From Promethearchaeota archaeon (GTDB taxonomy: Archaea > Asgardarchaeota > Lokiarchaeia > Sigyniarchaeales > SOKP01), in contig JAUVNS010000011.1 of the NCBI GenBank assembly GCA_030599585.1, positions 128,001-192,000 on the forward strand: DNA of 64,000 nt, read 5' to 3'. Each line of letters opens with the position of its first letter. The first letter of the stretch is position 1. This document shows, piece after piece, positions 39,917 to 50,333 of the stretch. The notes beneath the pieces were generated by a model that saw only the letters and a program-made list of their open reading frames with translations, was not told where the DNA came from and searched no databases. Both the position numbers and the translations under genes were made by a program.

Positions 39917-40420
39917 ATGAGCGAAGAAAAATTAAAAATAGATAAAATAAAGAAGGGGACAGTTATCGACCATATTGATGGCGGTTACGCTTTAACTATT
40001 CTGAACTTAACTGGACTTGGAGAATCTCCTAATCTAATGACAATTGGTGTTAATGTTTCTTCAATGAAATACAATAAAAAGGATATTATTAAGATAGAGG
40101 GTGTTTTTCTCAATCAGATTCAACTTCAGCAAATTTCAATCCTTTCGCCAAATTCAAAGATATCCTTGATTGAAGATTATAAAGTAATCGAGAAAAAGAA
40201 GGTAAAACTCCCAGATAATATCAAAAGTCTAATTTTATGTCGAAGTAATACGTGTATTTCAAATTCTGGTGAACCTATTGATACAGAATTTAATGTTCTA
40301 GAAGAAAAGCCATTAAAAATTCAATGTGTATATTGCAATAGGATATATAAATTGGATGAAATTGTTTTCAGTTCTAAAGAAAAAATTGAAAAAAGAGTAA
40401 AACAATCAATCGAATTATAA
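39917..40420 (+). CDS. pyrI: Aspartate carbamoyltransferase regulatory chain
   Basis: GTVIDHI, KKDIIKIE, C.S.TCIS and CVYC Zn ligands. Confidence 0.95.
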   Translation: MSEEKLKIDKIKKGTVIDHIDGGYALTILNLTGLGESPNLMTIGVNVSSMKYNKKDIIKIEGVFLNQIQLQQISILSPNSKISLIEDYKVIEKKKVKLPDNIKSLILCRSNTCISNSGEPIDTEFNVLEEKPLKIQCVYCNRIYKLDEIVFSSKEKIEKRVKQSIEL

Positions 40421-40426
40421 AAAATT

Positions 40427-40861
40427 TTAGATAAAAGCTAAGAATGTATGAGTAACTACTGTAACGATCATAAATAACAAGAAAAATATGCCTATACCTG
40501 GTTTAATTATATTTTTCCAATTCCATTCTTCTTTATCGTATTGATATTTTAAGATAATGAAACTAACAAAAAACGGTGTTAGGAACCAAAAACACAACAT
40601 CCAAATAAACAATCCTAAACCCGAATAGCTCGGTAGAATGCCGAAAAATAATCTTCCTAATAAACCACTTAGCACTGCAGTAATTGCCCTAATCCAATAA
40701 AGCTTTGTTTCCTTTTCAAGCCGGATATCAATCTTTTTTGTAGATTTTTTATCAATATTAATTTCTTGTTCAGGATGTGATTTTCTCTTCTCTTTTATAA
40801 GTTTTTGGCGTTCTTTTTTAATGTTAACTCTTTTTGATTTCCGTTTATCTTTATTGGGCAT
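40427..40861 (-). CDS. EMC6/Rab5ip-like membrane protein
   Basis: LYWIRAITAVLSGLLG, GLFIW, PGIGIFFLLFM three-helix pattern typical of the EMC6 family. Confidence 0.55.
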   Translation of the reverse strand: MPNKDKRKSKRVNIKKERQKLIKEKRKSHPEQEINIDKKSTKKIDIRLEKETKLYWIRAITAVLSGLLGRLFFGILPSYSGLGLFIWMLCFWFLTPFFVSFIILKYQYDKEEWNWKNIIKPGIGIFFLLFMIVTVVTHTFLAFI

Positions 40862-41006
40862 AATTAGTACTATTAATATTATTTTTTTTATTAAAATTTT
40901 GAAATTTATATTACCTATAAATTATCGTTTCATTTGTGAAAAATGGAAAAATAGAAAAAAATGAATGCATGACTAATAAGTAAGATAACAATAATTTTAA
41001 ACGATA

Positions 41007-43073
41007 ATGCAAATGAAGAAAAATATTAAATTTTCAAATTTTGATGTATTTGCAATCGCTAAAGAATTAGGAACTATTCTCCCCCATGGAAAAATTGACA
41101 ATGTTTATGAAATCGATGGAGAACTATTGATTTTAAAAATCAAAACAAAATTAAATGGGAAAAAGAATTTAATTGTTAAAAACGATTCTCGTTTAAATTT
41201 TACTGACTTTAACTATCCTATCCCAAAATATCCTTCTCAATATATAATGTCTCTAAGAAAGTACCTAAAAAATAGGAGAATTTTATCTGTTATTCAACAT
41301 AATTTTGATAGAATTATTATTTTCGAAATAAGCAATATGGAGGGAAACTCATGGAAATTTATTGTTGAACTATTTAACAAAGGTAATTATATTCTACTTG
41401 ATGAAAATAACATTGTAAAAATCGCAAAAAGTTATAGTAAATATAGAGATAGGGATATTCTAGCTAATAGACAATATAATTTTCCTAGTTCTCGTGGCAA
41501 AGATTTTCTTAACCTTTCTCAAGTCGATTTTAATGAAACAGTTAGTAATTTAGAAGATGAAATCGTAAGAATCCTAGCAAGAAATATTAATATCTCAGGA
41601 ACGATTTCAGAAGAAATATGCCTTATGGCGGGAGTTGATAAAAAGCGATCAGGAAGTGATCTTACTCCTATAGAACTAGAGGCTCTATTTAATTCCTTCA
41701 AAACATTAAGAAATAAATTACTTTTTGGGGAAATTAAGGCACAGATTGTATTCAACGAACAGGATGAACAAGCATCTGTTATCCCTTTTGATTTAGAGCT
41801 TTACAAGAATAGTAAAGTTCAGCATTTCAATTCTTTTAATGAAGCCGTGGATGTGTTCTTCTCTAAACTAGATTCTAATAAATTAATTTCACCACAAGAT
41901 CAAGCCGTTAACCAAAGAATAAAGTCTCAAGAAAAAATACTAAAAAACCAACTAGAATATCTGGAAGAGCTAAAAGCAAAAAAAAAATTGTACTACGATC
42001 ATGGCGGTTTTATGTATGATAATTTCAACACTTTTAATAAATTATTTAACGGAATTAAAGAAGCAAAAGAAAAAGGCTATTCTCTAGAAGAAATAAACAC
42101 CAAACTAACTAGTGCTAAAAACGAAAATTTCGAAGATTTAGATATATTTGGAAGGATTCTATCTGCAACAAAACAGATAGTAATTTTAATTGATAAAAAT
42201 GAAGTTTATTTAGATTTAAGCAAAACTGTTGGAGAAAACGCAAATTTAATATATTCAAAAGGCAAAAAGGCAGAGAGAAAATTAAAGGGAACCCTTCCAG
42301 CTATTCAAAAAACAGAAGAAAAGATTAGAAAGCTAAAAATTGAGAGAGAATCTATCGAATTAGATATTGATTTTCTAGTAAGGAAACCACAAAAGAAATG
42401 GTATGAAAAATTTAGATGGTTTAATTCTTCCGATGGATTTTTAATTATAGGTGGACGAGACGCTAGCTCAAACGAAACGATATTTAAAAAATATATTGAC
42501 CCCAACGATATAATTTTTCACACAAACTTTCCGGGATCCCCTCTTACTGTAATAAAAAATCCAGAAAATAAACAGATTCCTGAGACATCAATTAAAGAAG
42601 CCGCAAACTTTGTAGCTAGCTATTCTGTAGCGTGGAAAGAGAATTGGGGCATTGTCGATGTTTTTTATGTGTTTGCCGATCAAATTTCTAAAACTCCACC
42701 TACAGGTGAATATTTACCTAAAGGTAGTTTCATGATTTTAGGAAAAAAAAATGTAATTAAGGGAGCAAAAACCGAAATTGCGCTGAGATTAAATTTCCTT
42801 GAAATAAAAAATCAAAGCGTTTCTGATTCTAAATTATTCTATCCCCAAGTAACATACGAATCTCTTAATGCCTTTACTAACAATGCGAACAAATTTATAA
42901 TCGTTAAACCTTCAAAATCGGGGAAAACAAAGGGACAGTTAGCAAAGGAGATCAAAACATATTTTCTTAACAATTCAGAAGCAGAGATGAAAAAATGGGT
43001 TAAAATTTTACCTATAGACGATATTATCCTTGTCCTTCCTACGGGTAAATCTGAATTTATTATTCCCAGTTAA
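41007..43073 (+). CDS. rqcH: Ribosome quality-control factor Rqc2/NEMF (NFACT) homolog
   Basis: FDRII, ELFNKGNYIL, WYEKFRWF.SSDG..IIGGRDASSNE, GEYLPKGSFMI.G. Confidence 0.93.
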   Translation: MQMKKNIKFSNFDVFAIAKELGTILPHGKIDNVYEIDGELLILKIKTKLNGKKNLIVKNDSRLNFTDFNYPIPKYPSQYIMSLRKYLKNRRILSVIQHNFDRIIIFEISNMEGNSWKFIVELFNKGNYILLDENNIVKIAKSYSKYRDRDILANRQYNFPSSRGKDFLNLSQVDFNETVSNLEDEIVRILARNINISGTISEEICLMAGVDKKRSGSDLTPIELEALFNSFKTLRNKLLFGEIKAQIVFNEQDEQASVIPFDLELYKNSKVQHFNSFNEAVDVFFSKLDSNKLISPQDQAVNQRIKSQEKILKNQLEYLEELKAKKKLYYDHGGFMYDNFNTFNKLFNGIKEAKEKGYSLEEINTKLTSAKNENFEDLDIFGRILSATKQIVILIDKNEVYLDLSKTVGENANLIYSKGKKAERKLKGTLPAIQKTEEKIRKLKIERESIELDIDFLVRKPQKKWYEKFRWFNSSDGFLIIGGRDASSNETIFKKYIDPNDIIFHTNFPGSPLTVIKNPENKQIPETSIKEAANFVASYSVAWKENWGIVDVFYVFADQISKTPPTGEYLPKGSFMILGKKNVIKGAKTEIALRLNFLEIKNQSVSDSKLFYPQVTYESLNAFTNNANKFIIVKPSKSGKTKGQLAKEIKTYFLNNSEAEMKKWVKILPIDDIILVLPTGKSEFIIPS

Positions 43074-43801
43074 TTTCCTCTTATTATCCTAAGGTTATGA
43101 TAATCATCAAATAATATGCCGTTTATCTGGTTATTAATTAGACTGTTTATTACTTGTAAAGGTTGTTCATAACCTATAAAGCCCCAAGCAAGTGATTTAA
43201 TATCGTTAACATGGCATACTTCTATAAATTGATTCGAAATTAAATCTGATCGAATGCTTATCATATCCGGAAAATTCTTTAGTTTTTTTCTATGTCCTTT
43301 TTCTATAAATTCCTTTAAATTTAGCCCTCTACCTTTAGTCATGTTAAAACATGTTCTTATCGGTTTAAATGTTTTCTTATATCTTTTTAATTTATTGATA
43401 TCTCTTCCGCTTACTATACAATTCTTTAGAACTCCTTTTTTATTAATTAAACCAAATAATTCTTTTTCAATTCCTTCATCTTTCAAGTGTATAATAGCTT
43501 GTGTTTTATCTGTTATGTAATCCATAAATTCTTCTAAAAGGGGGATAGTTTGGTTTCTTTTTTCGGTTTTAAGATTTTTAACATCGTTGTAATTTAAATT
43601 TTTTAATACTCCTTTACCATTAGTGGTCCTGGTTAATGTATTATCGTGAAAAACGATTAACTTTCTGTCTTTTGTTCTTCTAACATCAAGTTCTATGCAA
43701 TTTGCCCCTGATTTAATTGCAATTTCGAACGCTTCTAATGTGTTTTCATCGTAATCTACTAAAGTGCCTCTATGGCCGATAAAAAGTGTAATTTTTTTCA
43801 T
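43070..43801 (-). CDS. Glycerophosphodiester phosphodiesterase family
   Basis: GHRG, ENTLEAF, IELDV, VFHD.TL.RTT, IPLLEE. Confidence 0.88.
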   Translation of the reverse strand: MKKITLFIGHRGTLVDYDENTLEAFEIAIKSGANCIELDVRRTKDRKLIVFHDNTLTRTTNGKGVLKNLNYNDVKNLKTEKRNQTIPLLEEFMDYITDKTQAIIHLKDEGIEKELFGLINKKGVLKNCIVSGRDINKLKRYKKTFKPIRTCFNMTKGRGLNLKEFIEKGHRKKLKNFPDMISIRSDLISNQFIEVCHVNDIKSLAWGFIGYEQPLQVINSLINNQINGILFDDYHNLRIIRGN

Positions 43802-43834
43802 TAAAAGAAATAAATTTTAGATGCATAAATTTAG

Positions 43835-44251
43835 TTAGTTTTCCTGAACTAAAAACAAGTAAACCATTATTATCAATAAACCTATTAAACTGAATGAAAA
43901 AACTATAGAATCTCTAAAAGCTTGGATTAAGGAAAAGATAAAAATAAGCACAATTAACTTTAAATCTAATGGTTTACCTGTCAATTCCTTATAATTTCCG
44001 ATACTTATTGTCATAAAAATGAAGAAAAATAGGATTACTAGAACCTTAATAGTGATATCTACAGTTTGCAGAAAAAGGTCTTCGCTTGCAAACAGAGATA
44101 GATAACCCCCGTTTAATAGAATCGATATTACTAATAGTATTCCCCCAATAACGGCTGATAATATAACTGAACGATAAGCAGACTTTTCTTTTAATTTTGG
44201 TTTCCTATTGGCCGTTCCTGATTTTAAATGTTCATTTTTTACTTTTGACAT
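43835..44251 (-). CDS. Membrane protein (about 4 TM)
   Basis: Hydrophobic segments. Confidence 0.7.
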   Translation of the reverse strand: MSKVKNEHLKSGTANRKPKLKEKSAYRSVILSAVIGGILLVISILLNGGYLSLFASEDLFLQTVDITIKVLVILFFFIFMTISIGNYKELTGKPLDLKLIVLIFIFSLIQAFRDSIVFSFSLIGLLIIMVYLFLVQEN

Positions 44252-44260
44252 GTTAGTATC

Positions 44261-45082
44261 TTATCTCCTTATTCTTTCGATTTGTTTCTTGAGTTGGGTA
44301 ATTCGATATACATAATAAGCAAAAAATGCTCCAATCGTAGAAAAAATGACAATTGTAGAGATTGACATCAGAAGTTCTCCAAAGGATACATCCGGGGTTC
44401 TAGGGGGGTATTGTAATTCCATAGAAAAGATATTAGAAATAATAATTTCACTGGGACCGACTGCAGTTTTACCGAATATAATCATAAAATTAAATTGAAC
44501 CCCATAGGCTAATTCTACGTCCTCGATTCCACCTTCTTTATTTTTAATAGGCATGGAAAATTCGTACACTATCTGATTCCCATCTAATTTCGCAGCACAA
44601 TCACCATTAGAATCTACGTCTTCATAATAAACCGTATCGTTAATGTAATAATCTAAATAAGAATAACTGTTCGTTGTCATGTTTGAAAATTGTAAAATTT
44701 TAGCATCAGTGAAATTCAATTCTGCGTCCCAATCCGCTATTAAAATCCCAAGAAATTCATTATCATATTCATTAGAGTTATGATCGTTTAAATCAAATCT
44801 AGCTAAAATATATAAATTAGGTTCAGATTGTAAAACCCATAGTTCAATAGGTAGTCCATCGCTTTGGTTTGATAAATCAGGAAATAGTTCTATTTCTAAC
44901 TTTTCTGCTGAAGCCCATTCGCCCGTCACTCCATCAACAACACCGTCTATAACAGGTGCGGTTCCAAATCCCACATCATATTCAATTGGAGTTCCATAGC
45001 TTTTTCCAATGAGGAATGCTGAACTAACCAGTATCTGAGCAATGAAGATGAAAATAATAATGCTAGTTGTGTGTTTTTTCAC
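44261..45082 (-). CDS. Secreted, C-terminally anchored protein with CBM9/DOMON-like beta domain
   Basis: Signal peptide, APVIDG..EW, NLYI, VYEFSMP, C-terminal TM followed by a basic tail. Confidence 0.6.
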   Translation of the reverse strand: MKKHTTSIIIFIFIAQILVSSAFLIGKSYGTPIEYDVGFGTAPVIDGVVDGVTGEWASAEKLEIELFPDLSNQSDGLPIELWVLQSEPNLYILARFDLNDHNSNEYDNEFLGILIADWDAELNFTDAKILQFSNMTTNSYSYLDYYINDTVYYEDVDSNGDCAAKLDGNQIVYEFSMPIKNKEGGIEDVELAYGVQFNFMIIFGKTAVGPSEIIISNIFSMELQYPPRTPDVSFGELLMSISTIVIFSTIGAFFAYYVYRITQLKKQIERIRR

Positions 45083-45283
45083 TTTTATATAGCCACTTTT
45101 TTATCATTAAGCGATAGTTCAATTTTGCTTTTAATTAAAGAAACTCAATAAAGTTGATAATTAAAATTGAATTTAATATTTTTTCTTTGTCTTAGCAAAT
45201 TTTTAGGATTTTCAATCAAAAATTTGTAGTATTTCCTATATATTAAAAAAAAAGCTCTTATCATTATTTAAAAGAAATTCATT

Positions 45284-45733
45284 TTATGAAAGATAATTAG
45301 GTAAAAGAACGCTGCAATTGAATTTGTTTAAATATGCTACAATATAATTTATCAGGCGTTTTAAATCGCGCTTAGTTTCAAGCATATTGCTATTATTATA
45401 TTCTGCGAATTGTTTTGGTCCAATTGCAATTAACAACCCCGATAGATCCTTCTCTCTCTTAATAAAAAGCCAAAACGGTTTTTTTTTTTCATTATCTTTA
45501 ATTAGGAGTAGCATCCATGGATTTAAGGTCCATTCTTTAGAATCAGGCCCAATTACTTTTTCTATCGCATGTCCCGTAGTATATTTTTTAGTTATTTTTA
45601 CAGCTTTTACTAACCGGTTAAAGTAGGACCGTTTCAATTTTAAATATCCATTGAAATAAGATTTAGCGTCGTAGAGTTCTATTTCATTACCCGTTCCGTC
45701 TGCGAATTTCAAATTAATTTTCCAAGTGCTCAT
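45284..45733 (-). CDS. Hypothetical protein
   Basis: 149-codon ORF co-directional with the RNase P protein genes. Confidence 0.7.
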   Translation of the reverse strand: MSTWKINLKFADGTGNEIELYDAKSYFNGYLKLKRSYFNRLVKAVKITKKYTTGHAIEKVIGPDSKEWTLNPWMLLLIKDNEKKKPFWLFIKREKDLSGLLIAIGPKQFAEYNNSNMLETKRDLKRLINYIVAYLNKFNCSVLLPNYLS

Positions 45734-45755
45734 ATTAAATCCAAATAATTATTCT

Positions 45756-46136
45756 TTAGCTTATATCCATAATTTGAATATCTTTAATATTCTTTTTATT
45801 TTTTTCCAAAAACAAATTTTTAGTAATTTGAATACTACGAATAGTCCCGGATGTTTTTATTGGAGAAAAAACGAATTTATTACCAGCTATTTCAGTAATT
45901 AAAGTCAAAGCGGAAATCACGATTTCTTTTGTTTGATGAGAGCATCTTATAATTCCAAAACCTTCTAAAAAATTAATATCAACCAACCACAATCCTACTC
46001 TACTAGCTTCTTTTAAGCCAAAATACTTCCATAATGATGTCCATATCGAATTTAGAATCTCTTGCTTATTCAAAGGTTTTCTATGTTCCGAAATCACTTT
46101 GAATAATATGTATCTATGACGTTCACTTTTTACTAT
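45756..46136 (-). CDS. rnp2: Ribonuclease P protein Pop5/Rpp14
   Basis: Upstream in-frame ERHRYILFKV, FG..EASRVGLW, GIIRC, TSGTIR; ATA start overlaps the rpp30 stop (TAATA) after GGGGTGA. Confidence 0.85.
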   Translation of the reverse strand: MVKSERHRYILFKVISEHRKPLNKQEILNSIWTSLWKYFGLKEASRVGLWLVDINFLEGFGIIRCSHQTKEIVISALTLITEIAGNKFVFSPIKTSGTIRSIQITKNLFLEKNKKNIKDIQIMDIS

Positions 46137-46861
46137 TATTTATCACCCCGATTTATCAGTTTCACACCCAAGTCTATGAAATTTCTATCTTGTCGCATAT
46201 GTACTCGATTTAGAAGAGAAACTACATTTTTAGAGAAACAATTTTTAGCTCGTAGTAGTGAAATGTCTAAAAGTGTATGACAAACGCTAATTAAAGCTCT
46301 AGGGTGTCGTATTGAATAAAGATCGTCAAAATTCCCACTTATTATATAGTTTGCTTTTAAATTATTAGCTAACTGTACGCTTCGGTAGAGATTCCTTAGA
46401 TTTTTGGACTGTAATGATTTGTTTTTTACCATAATTGACGCGAGCGAAAATTCGATAAACGATTGATTTTGTTTTGTAAGCGAAATTACTCCTGGAAAAA
46501 TTGTTTTGAGCGCAATTTGCTCTGAAAACGAGATCATGTCCACTCTGGAATCTTTAGCTGCTTGGATTTGAATTTTTTTATCGGCAGATTCAACCACTAT
46601 AATGTCAGATGATTGTCCAATTCCTTTGAGTTTCTTAATTAAGCTTTCTATATTTTTTGGATTAATAATAGTGCGATATTTTACATTTATATTTGTGATC
46701 TCTTCTATTCTTTTTTTTAAATCTGGCTGCCTTTTTTCTCGATTATTTTCAAGCTCAACTATCACATTTTGAATCCCTAATAATTTACAAAAACGTAATT
46801 TTTGTTCAATTTCCTTGAAGTTGTTAGTATTTACCCTTAACCTTGACTCAAAATATGGCAA
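46136..46861 (-). CDS. rnp3: Ribonuclease P protein Rpp30
   Basis: DIIVV, AAKDSRVDMI, IEFSL, IISGN..Y.IRHPR; adjacent to pop5. Confidence 0.85.
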   Translation of the reverse strand: MPYFESRLRVNTNNFKEIEQKLRFCKLLGIQNVIVELENNREKRQPDLKKRIEEITNINVKYRTIINPKNIESLIKKLKGIGQSSDIIVVESADKKIQIQAAKDSRVDMISFSEQIALKTIFPGVISLTKQNQSFIEFSLASIMVKNKSLQSKNLRNLYRSVQLANNLKANYIISGNFDDLYSIRHPRALISVCHTLLDISLLRAKNCFSKNVVSLLNRVHMRQDRNFIDLGVKLINRGDK

Positions 46862-46981
46862 TCAGATCTTAACCTCTAATTTCAGATCGGGATTTATCTG
46901 TAACGTTTTCGATGTTTAAAGTGTTCTTAAATAAAAAAAAATTTATTAGAATAAATATTTTACATGTTATATATGTTATAA

Positions 46982-48280
46982 GTGGTTCTATTGGCTAATA
47001 AACGAAAGCTTTCTGATATAAAGAAAAAAATTCATAACGGCAACGCAAAGGTCCTTACCGCTCAGGAATTTATCAGTCGCGTTGAAAAGGGAGAAAATTT
47101 TAAGTTTGAAGACATTGACGTGATTACTACCGCCACTAAAGGTCTAATGAGTGGAATTATGGGCCTATTTTCTTTTAGATTAACGCCCCCAAAAACATTA
47201 AGAAAATTCACTGAAATCACCCTTAACGGAATCCCTGCTTTTCCTGGACCGTGCCCCAATGAATATTTAGGAATTGCCGATCTGATTGTTTACGGTACTG
47301 CTCAAAGTCATTCAAGAGAAAATTATTGTGGAGGCTCCTTGTTTAGGGAGCTAGTGGAAGGAAAACCAATCTCCATCCATGCTAAAAGCAGTGAAGGTAA
47401 TATGGTTGATATGGATTTAACATTAAAGGAAATGCAATATGCAAAACTGATGGGAACTCGTCAAGCAATAAAAAATTATAATGCAATGCTTAATTGCGAA
47501 ACATACCAAGTAGATACGATATTTTCATGTCTTCCTTTTAAACCTAATAAATCAGAATTGACATATTCTGGCTGTGGCGCTCTAAATCCTTTCCAAAACG
47601 ATCCGAATTTCCGAACTTTCGGAGTGGGATCACCGCTTCTAGTCAATGGAGCTCTTGGGTATTTAATGGGTCCAGGAACGCGTAATTATATCGCAAAACC
47701 TAATATGATGACAATAGCCCCCATGGATCAAATGAAACCAGAATATTTAGGAGCTTTTAAAACTTCTTATGGATTAGAACCCATTTGCTCGATAGCTGTG
47801 CCAATACCTATCTTAACCGACAAAATTTTTAATGATATTGTCAAATCAGACAGAGATGTTAAATTAACTATTTTAAGTCTCGTAGGACGTGAAAAAGTTG
47901 GGGAAATCACTTACGCAGATGTATGGGATAATAATTTCGTAATGAAATTTAACCCTGAAGCATGTAGTAAGGGATATAAATGTAAAGTAATAGACAACTG
48001 CCCAACAAGCGCTTTTATTATAAGAAACGGGTTAATCTCAGCAATTGATAGGTCTAAATGCTTCAATTGCGGAAATTGCGTAAGATTATGTCCTGAGGCA
48101 TTTAATATGGACCTAAAATCAATTCAATATGAGGGAAGTGAAATTCCTGTAGTCTTAAGGCAATCTGATAGGGCAGGAGCTATTATGTTAGCTGATGATC
48201 TTAAACAACAGATTCTAAAAGAGGAATTTCAGTTAAAAAAACCAACTGGAAGGCTAGATTTTGCTGAAAAATTAAAATAG
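46982..48280 (+). CDS. DUF39-family protein with C-terminal ferredoxin (methanogenesis marker 16-like)
   Basis: DVITTAT, GPCPNEYLG, SGCG.LNP.QNDP, CPT and CFNCGNCVRLCP, RQSDR. Confidence 0.8.
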   Translation: MVLLANKRKLSDIKKKIHNGNAKVLTAQEFISRVEKGENFKFEDIDVITTATKGLMSGIMGLFSFRLTPPKTLRKFTEITLNGIPAFPGPCPNEYLGIADLIVYGTAQSHSRENYCGGSLFRELVEGKPISIHAKSSEGNMVDMDLTLKEMQYAKLMGTRQAIKNYNAMLNCETYQVDTIFSCLPFKPNKSELTYSGCGALNPFQNDPNFRTFGVGSPLLVNGALGYLMGPGTRNYIAKPNMMTIAPMDQMKPEYLGAFKTSYGLEPICSIAVPIPILTDKIFNDIVKSDRDVKLTILSLVGREKVGEITYADVWDNNFVMKFNPEACSKGYKCKVIDNCPTSAFIIRNGLISAIDRSKCFNCGNCVRLCPEAFNMDLKSIQYEGSEIPVVLRQSDRAGAIMLADDLKQQILKEEFQLKKPTGRLDFAEKLK

Positions 48281-48455
48281 GATTACAATTGAGGGTGAAT
48301 TCTAAACGACCGATATCAAATTTGATCAGATTAGGATTACTTAGATACCTAAAATATCTAGGACTTTACATCGAAATCCTTGAGTTTTGACGGTAAACCT
48401 TTGGTTTCTGTTCTTATGTAATAAAGTTTATTTTTCATTTATACTACTTCATTTT

Positions 48456-50198
48456 ATGTCAAATAAAAATGCTAATCCCTTAGACGGAGGAGATTTAGTC
48501 GTGAAAAGTCTCCTTAAAGAGGGAATCACTAAAATTTTCGGCATCGTTGGCGGAGAATTGTTAAGGATTTATGACGCTATAGAACGTTATGGTCGAGAAG
48601 AAGGCATAGATACGGTTATGGTTCGCCACGAGCAAGCTGCGGGACATATGGCAGACGCGTGGGCACGCTCTACTGGAAAATTAGGTGTCTGTTTAGGGAC
48701 CGCAGGACCAGGCGTTACTCATCTTGTTCCAGCCGTGGCTGTAGCGTGGGCAGATTCAATCCCACTTCTTGTTATCGGAGCTCAAGTAGGAAGGATGTTT
48801 GATGATACGGGTATTCTCCAGGGGGGCTTAGATCAAATGAAATTAATGGAGCCGATCACAAAAGCACAGATATCAGTTGAAGAACCTTATGAAATTCCAA
48901 GAGCAGTACAAAGAGCTATTAAAGTTGCAATGTCAGGTAGGAGAGGTCCCGTTTTTCTAGAATTTCGAGAAACAGCTCTTGTTAGAAAAGCTTCTGAGGA
49001 TGATCTTAAAAATATATTGGAGCCTGAACAATATAGACCAATTGATAGACCAGCAGGAAATCCAAACTCGATTAAGGCTGCGATAGAAATTTTAAAAACT
49101 GCAAAGAATCCATTGATCGTTGCGGGAGGAGGAATTCACGCCTCAGATGCATCTACCGAGCTTAAAAAATTATCTACAACATACAAAATTCCTTGCGGAA
49201 CAAGTATAAACGGTGTTGGTGCTATTGATATTCGCAGTGAAACATATGTTGGGTCGTATTTAGTTGCAAACGCATATCGAAAAGCAGTGTCGGAAGCTGA
49301 TGTAGTTCTTTCTTTCGGTGCTAAATGGGATTATTCTATTCTGTTTGGAGCTCCGCCCATTTGGAATCCAAACGCGAAGATTATTCAAAACGATATCGAC
49401 CCAGAAATGATCGGTCGAAATAGAAAAGTGTCTGTAGCTATTATTGGCGACGCTAGGGTCGTAATAAATCAATTGCTAGCAGAAATGGAAAAAATGCTCC
49501 CTAAAGAAAAAATTTCTGAATGGTCCGAATGGAATTCTTATCTTTCAGATCTCAGAAAAAATGACGCTTTAGCAGTTCAAAAATTGTTGAAATACGATAA
49601 GCTACCAATGAAACCAGAAAGATTTGCTTACGAAGTCTTGGATTCAATAAAACACGATTCTCAACTGGTAATTGATGGTGGTGATATTGCTGTCTTCACT
49701 TTTGGGTTAATTAGTAATTTCCCTCGCGATCCAAGAACTCTATATTTCCCATTAACGATGGGACATCTAGGTACGGGTATCCCTCACGCTATAGGTGCCC
49801 AAATAGCAAATCCTGATAAACAAGTCGTTGTTATCAATGGAGATGGTAGTTTTATGTTCAACATTCAGGAGCTTGATACGGCTGTTCGCCTAAATTTACC
49901 GATTATTATTATTATTGCTAATAATTGCGCATGGGGCATGATTAAAAGCAAGCAAAAAGGGGAATTTAAGAAAAGATATTGCGATGTAGATTTACCACCA
50001 ACTAATTATGCAGAAATAGCTAAGGGTTTCGGTTGTTATGGCGAAAAAATAGAAAGACCAGAAGATATTAAGCCTGCTATACAAAGAGCAATAGAATCTA
50101 AAAAACCAGCCGTTCTGGATGTAGATATCGCTTTTGAAACGCCAATTGCGATGAAAGTAATCGGAAATCTTAAGAAAAACCGTGGACTATACGGTTAA
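48456..50198 (+). CDS. Thiamine-diphosphate enzyme (acetolactate synthase/HACL-like)
   Basis: RHEQAAGHMA, TAGPG, GRRGPV, GDG..N ThDP motif; ATG 48456 preferred. Confidence 0.9.
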   Translation: MSNKNANPLDGGDLVVKSLLKEGITKIFGIVGGELLRIYDAIERYGREEGIDTVMVRHEQAAGHMADAWARSTGKLGVCLGTAGPGVTHLVPAVAVAWADSIPLLVIGAQVGRMFDDTGILQGGLDQMKLMEPITKAQISVEEPYEIPRAVQRAIKVAMSGRRGPVFLEFRETALVRKASEDDLKNILEPEQYRPIDRPAGNPNSIKAAIEILKTAKNPLIVAGGGIHASDASTELKKLSTTYKIPCGTSINGVGAIDIRSETYVGSYLVANAYRKAVSEADVVLSFGAKWDYSILFGAPPIWNPNAKIIQNDIDPEMIGRNRKVSVAIIGDARVVINQLLAEMEKMLPKEKISEWSEWNSYLSDLRKNDALAVQKLLKYDKLPMKPERFAYEVLDSIKHDSQLVIDGGDIAVFTFGLISNFPRDPRTLYFPLTMGHLGTGIPHAIGAQIANPDKQVVVINGDGSFMFNIQELDTAVRLNLPIIIIIANNCAWGMIKSKQKGEFKKRYCDVDLPPTNYAEIAKGFGCYGEKIERPEDIKPAIQRAIESKKPAVLDVDIAFETPIAMKVIGNLKKNRGLYG

Positions 50199-50333
50199 TC
50201 TTCTTACATCATATTTTCTCAACTCCTTTTTTTATTTTTTAAAATTTTAAATAACATTTAATTCAATGTAGAATAAACCTAATCTAAAAAACTCGTGTAA
50301 GTTAAATTTCATAATTCTAAGAGGTAACAATTT

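Noticed and set aside
48281-48455. Short hairpins and a repeated AGGATTAC before the ThDP enzyme, as a TPP riboswitch
   Set aside because: Conserved TPP riboswitch motifs (CTGAGA, ACCTG...AGCG) are absent and the stems are weak.
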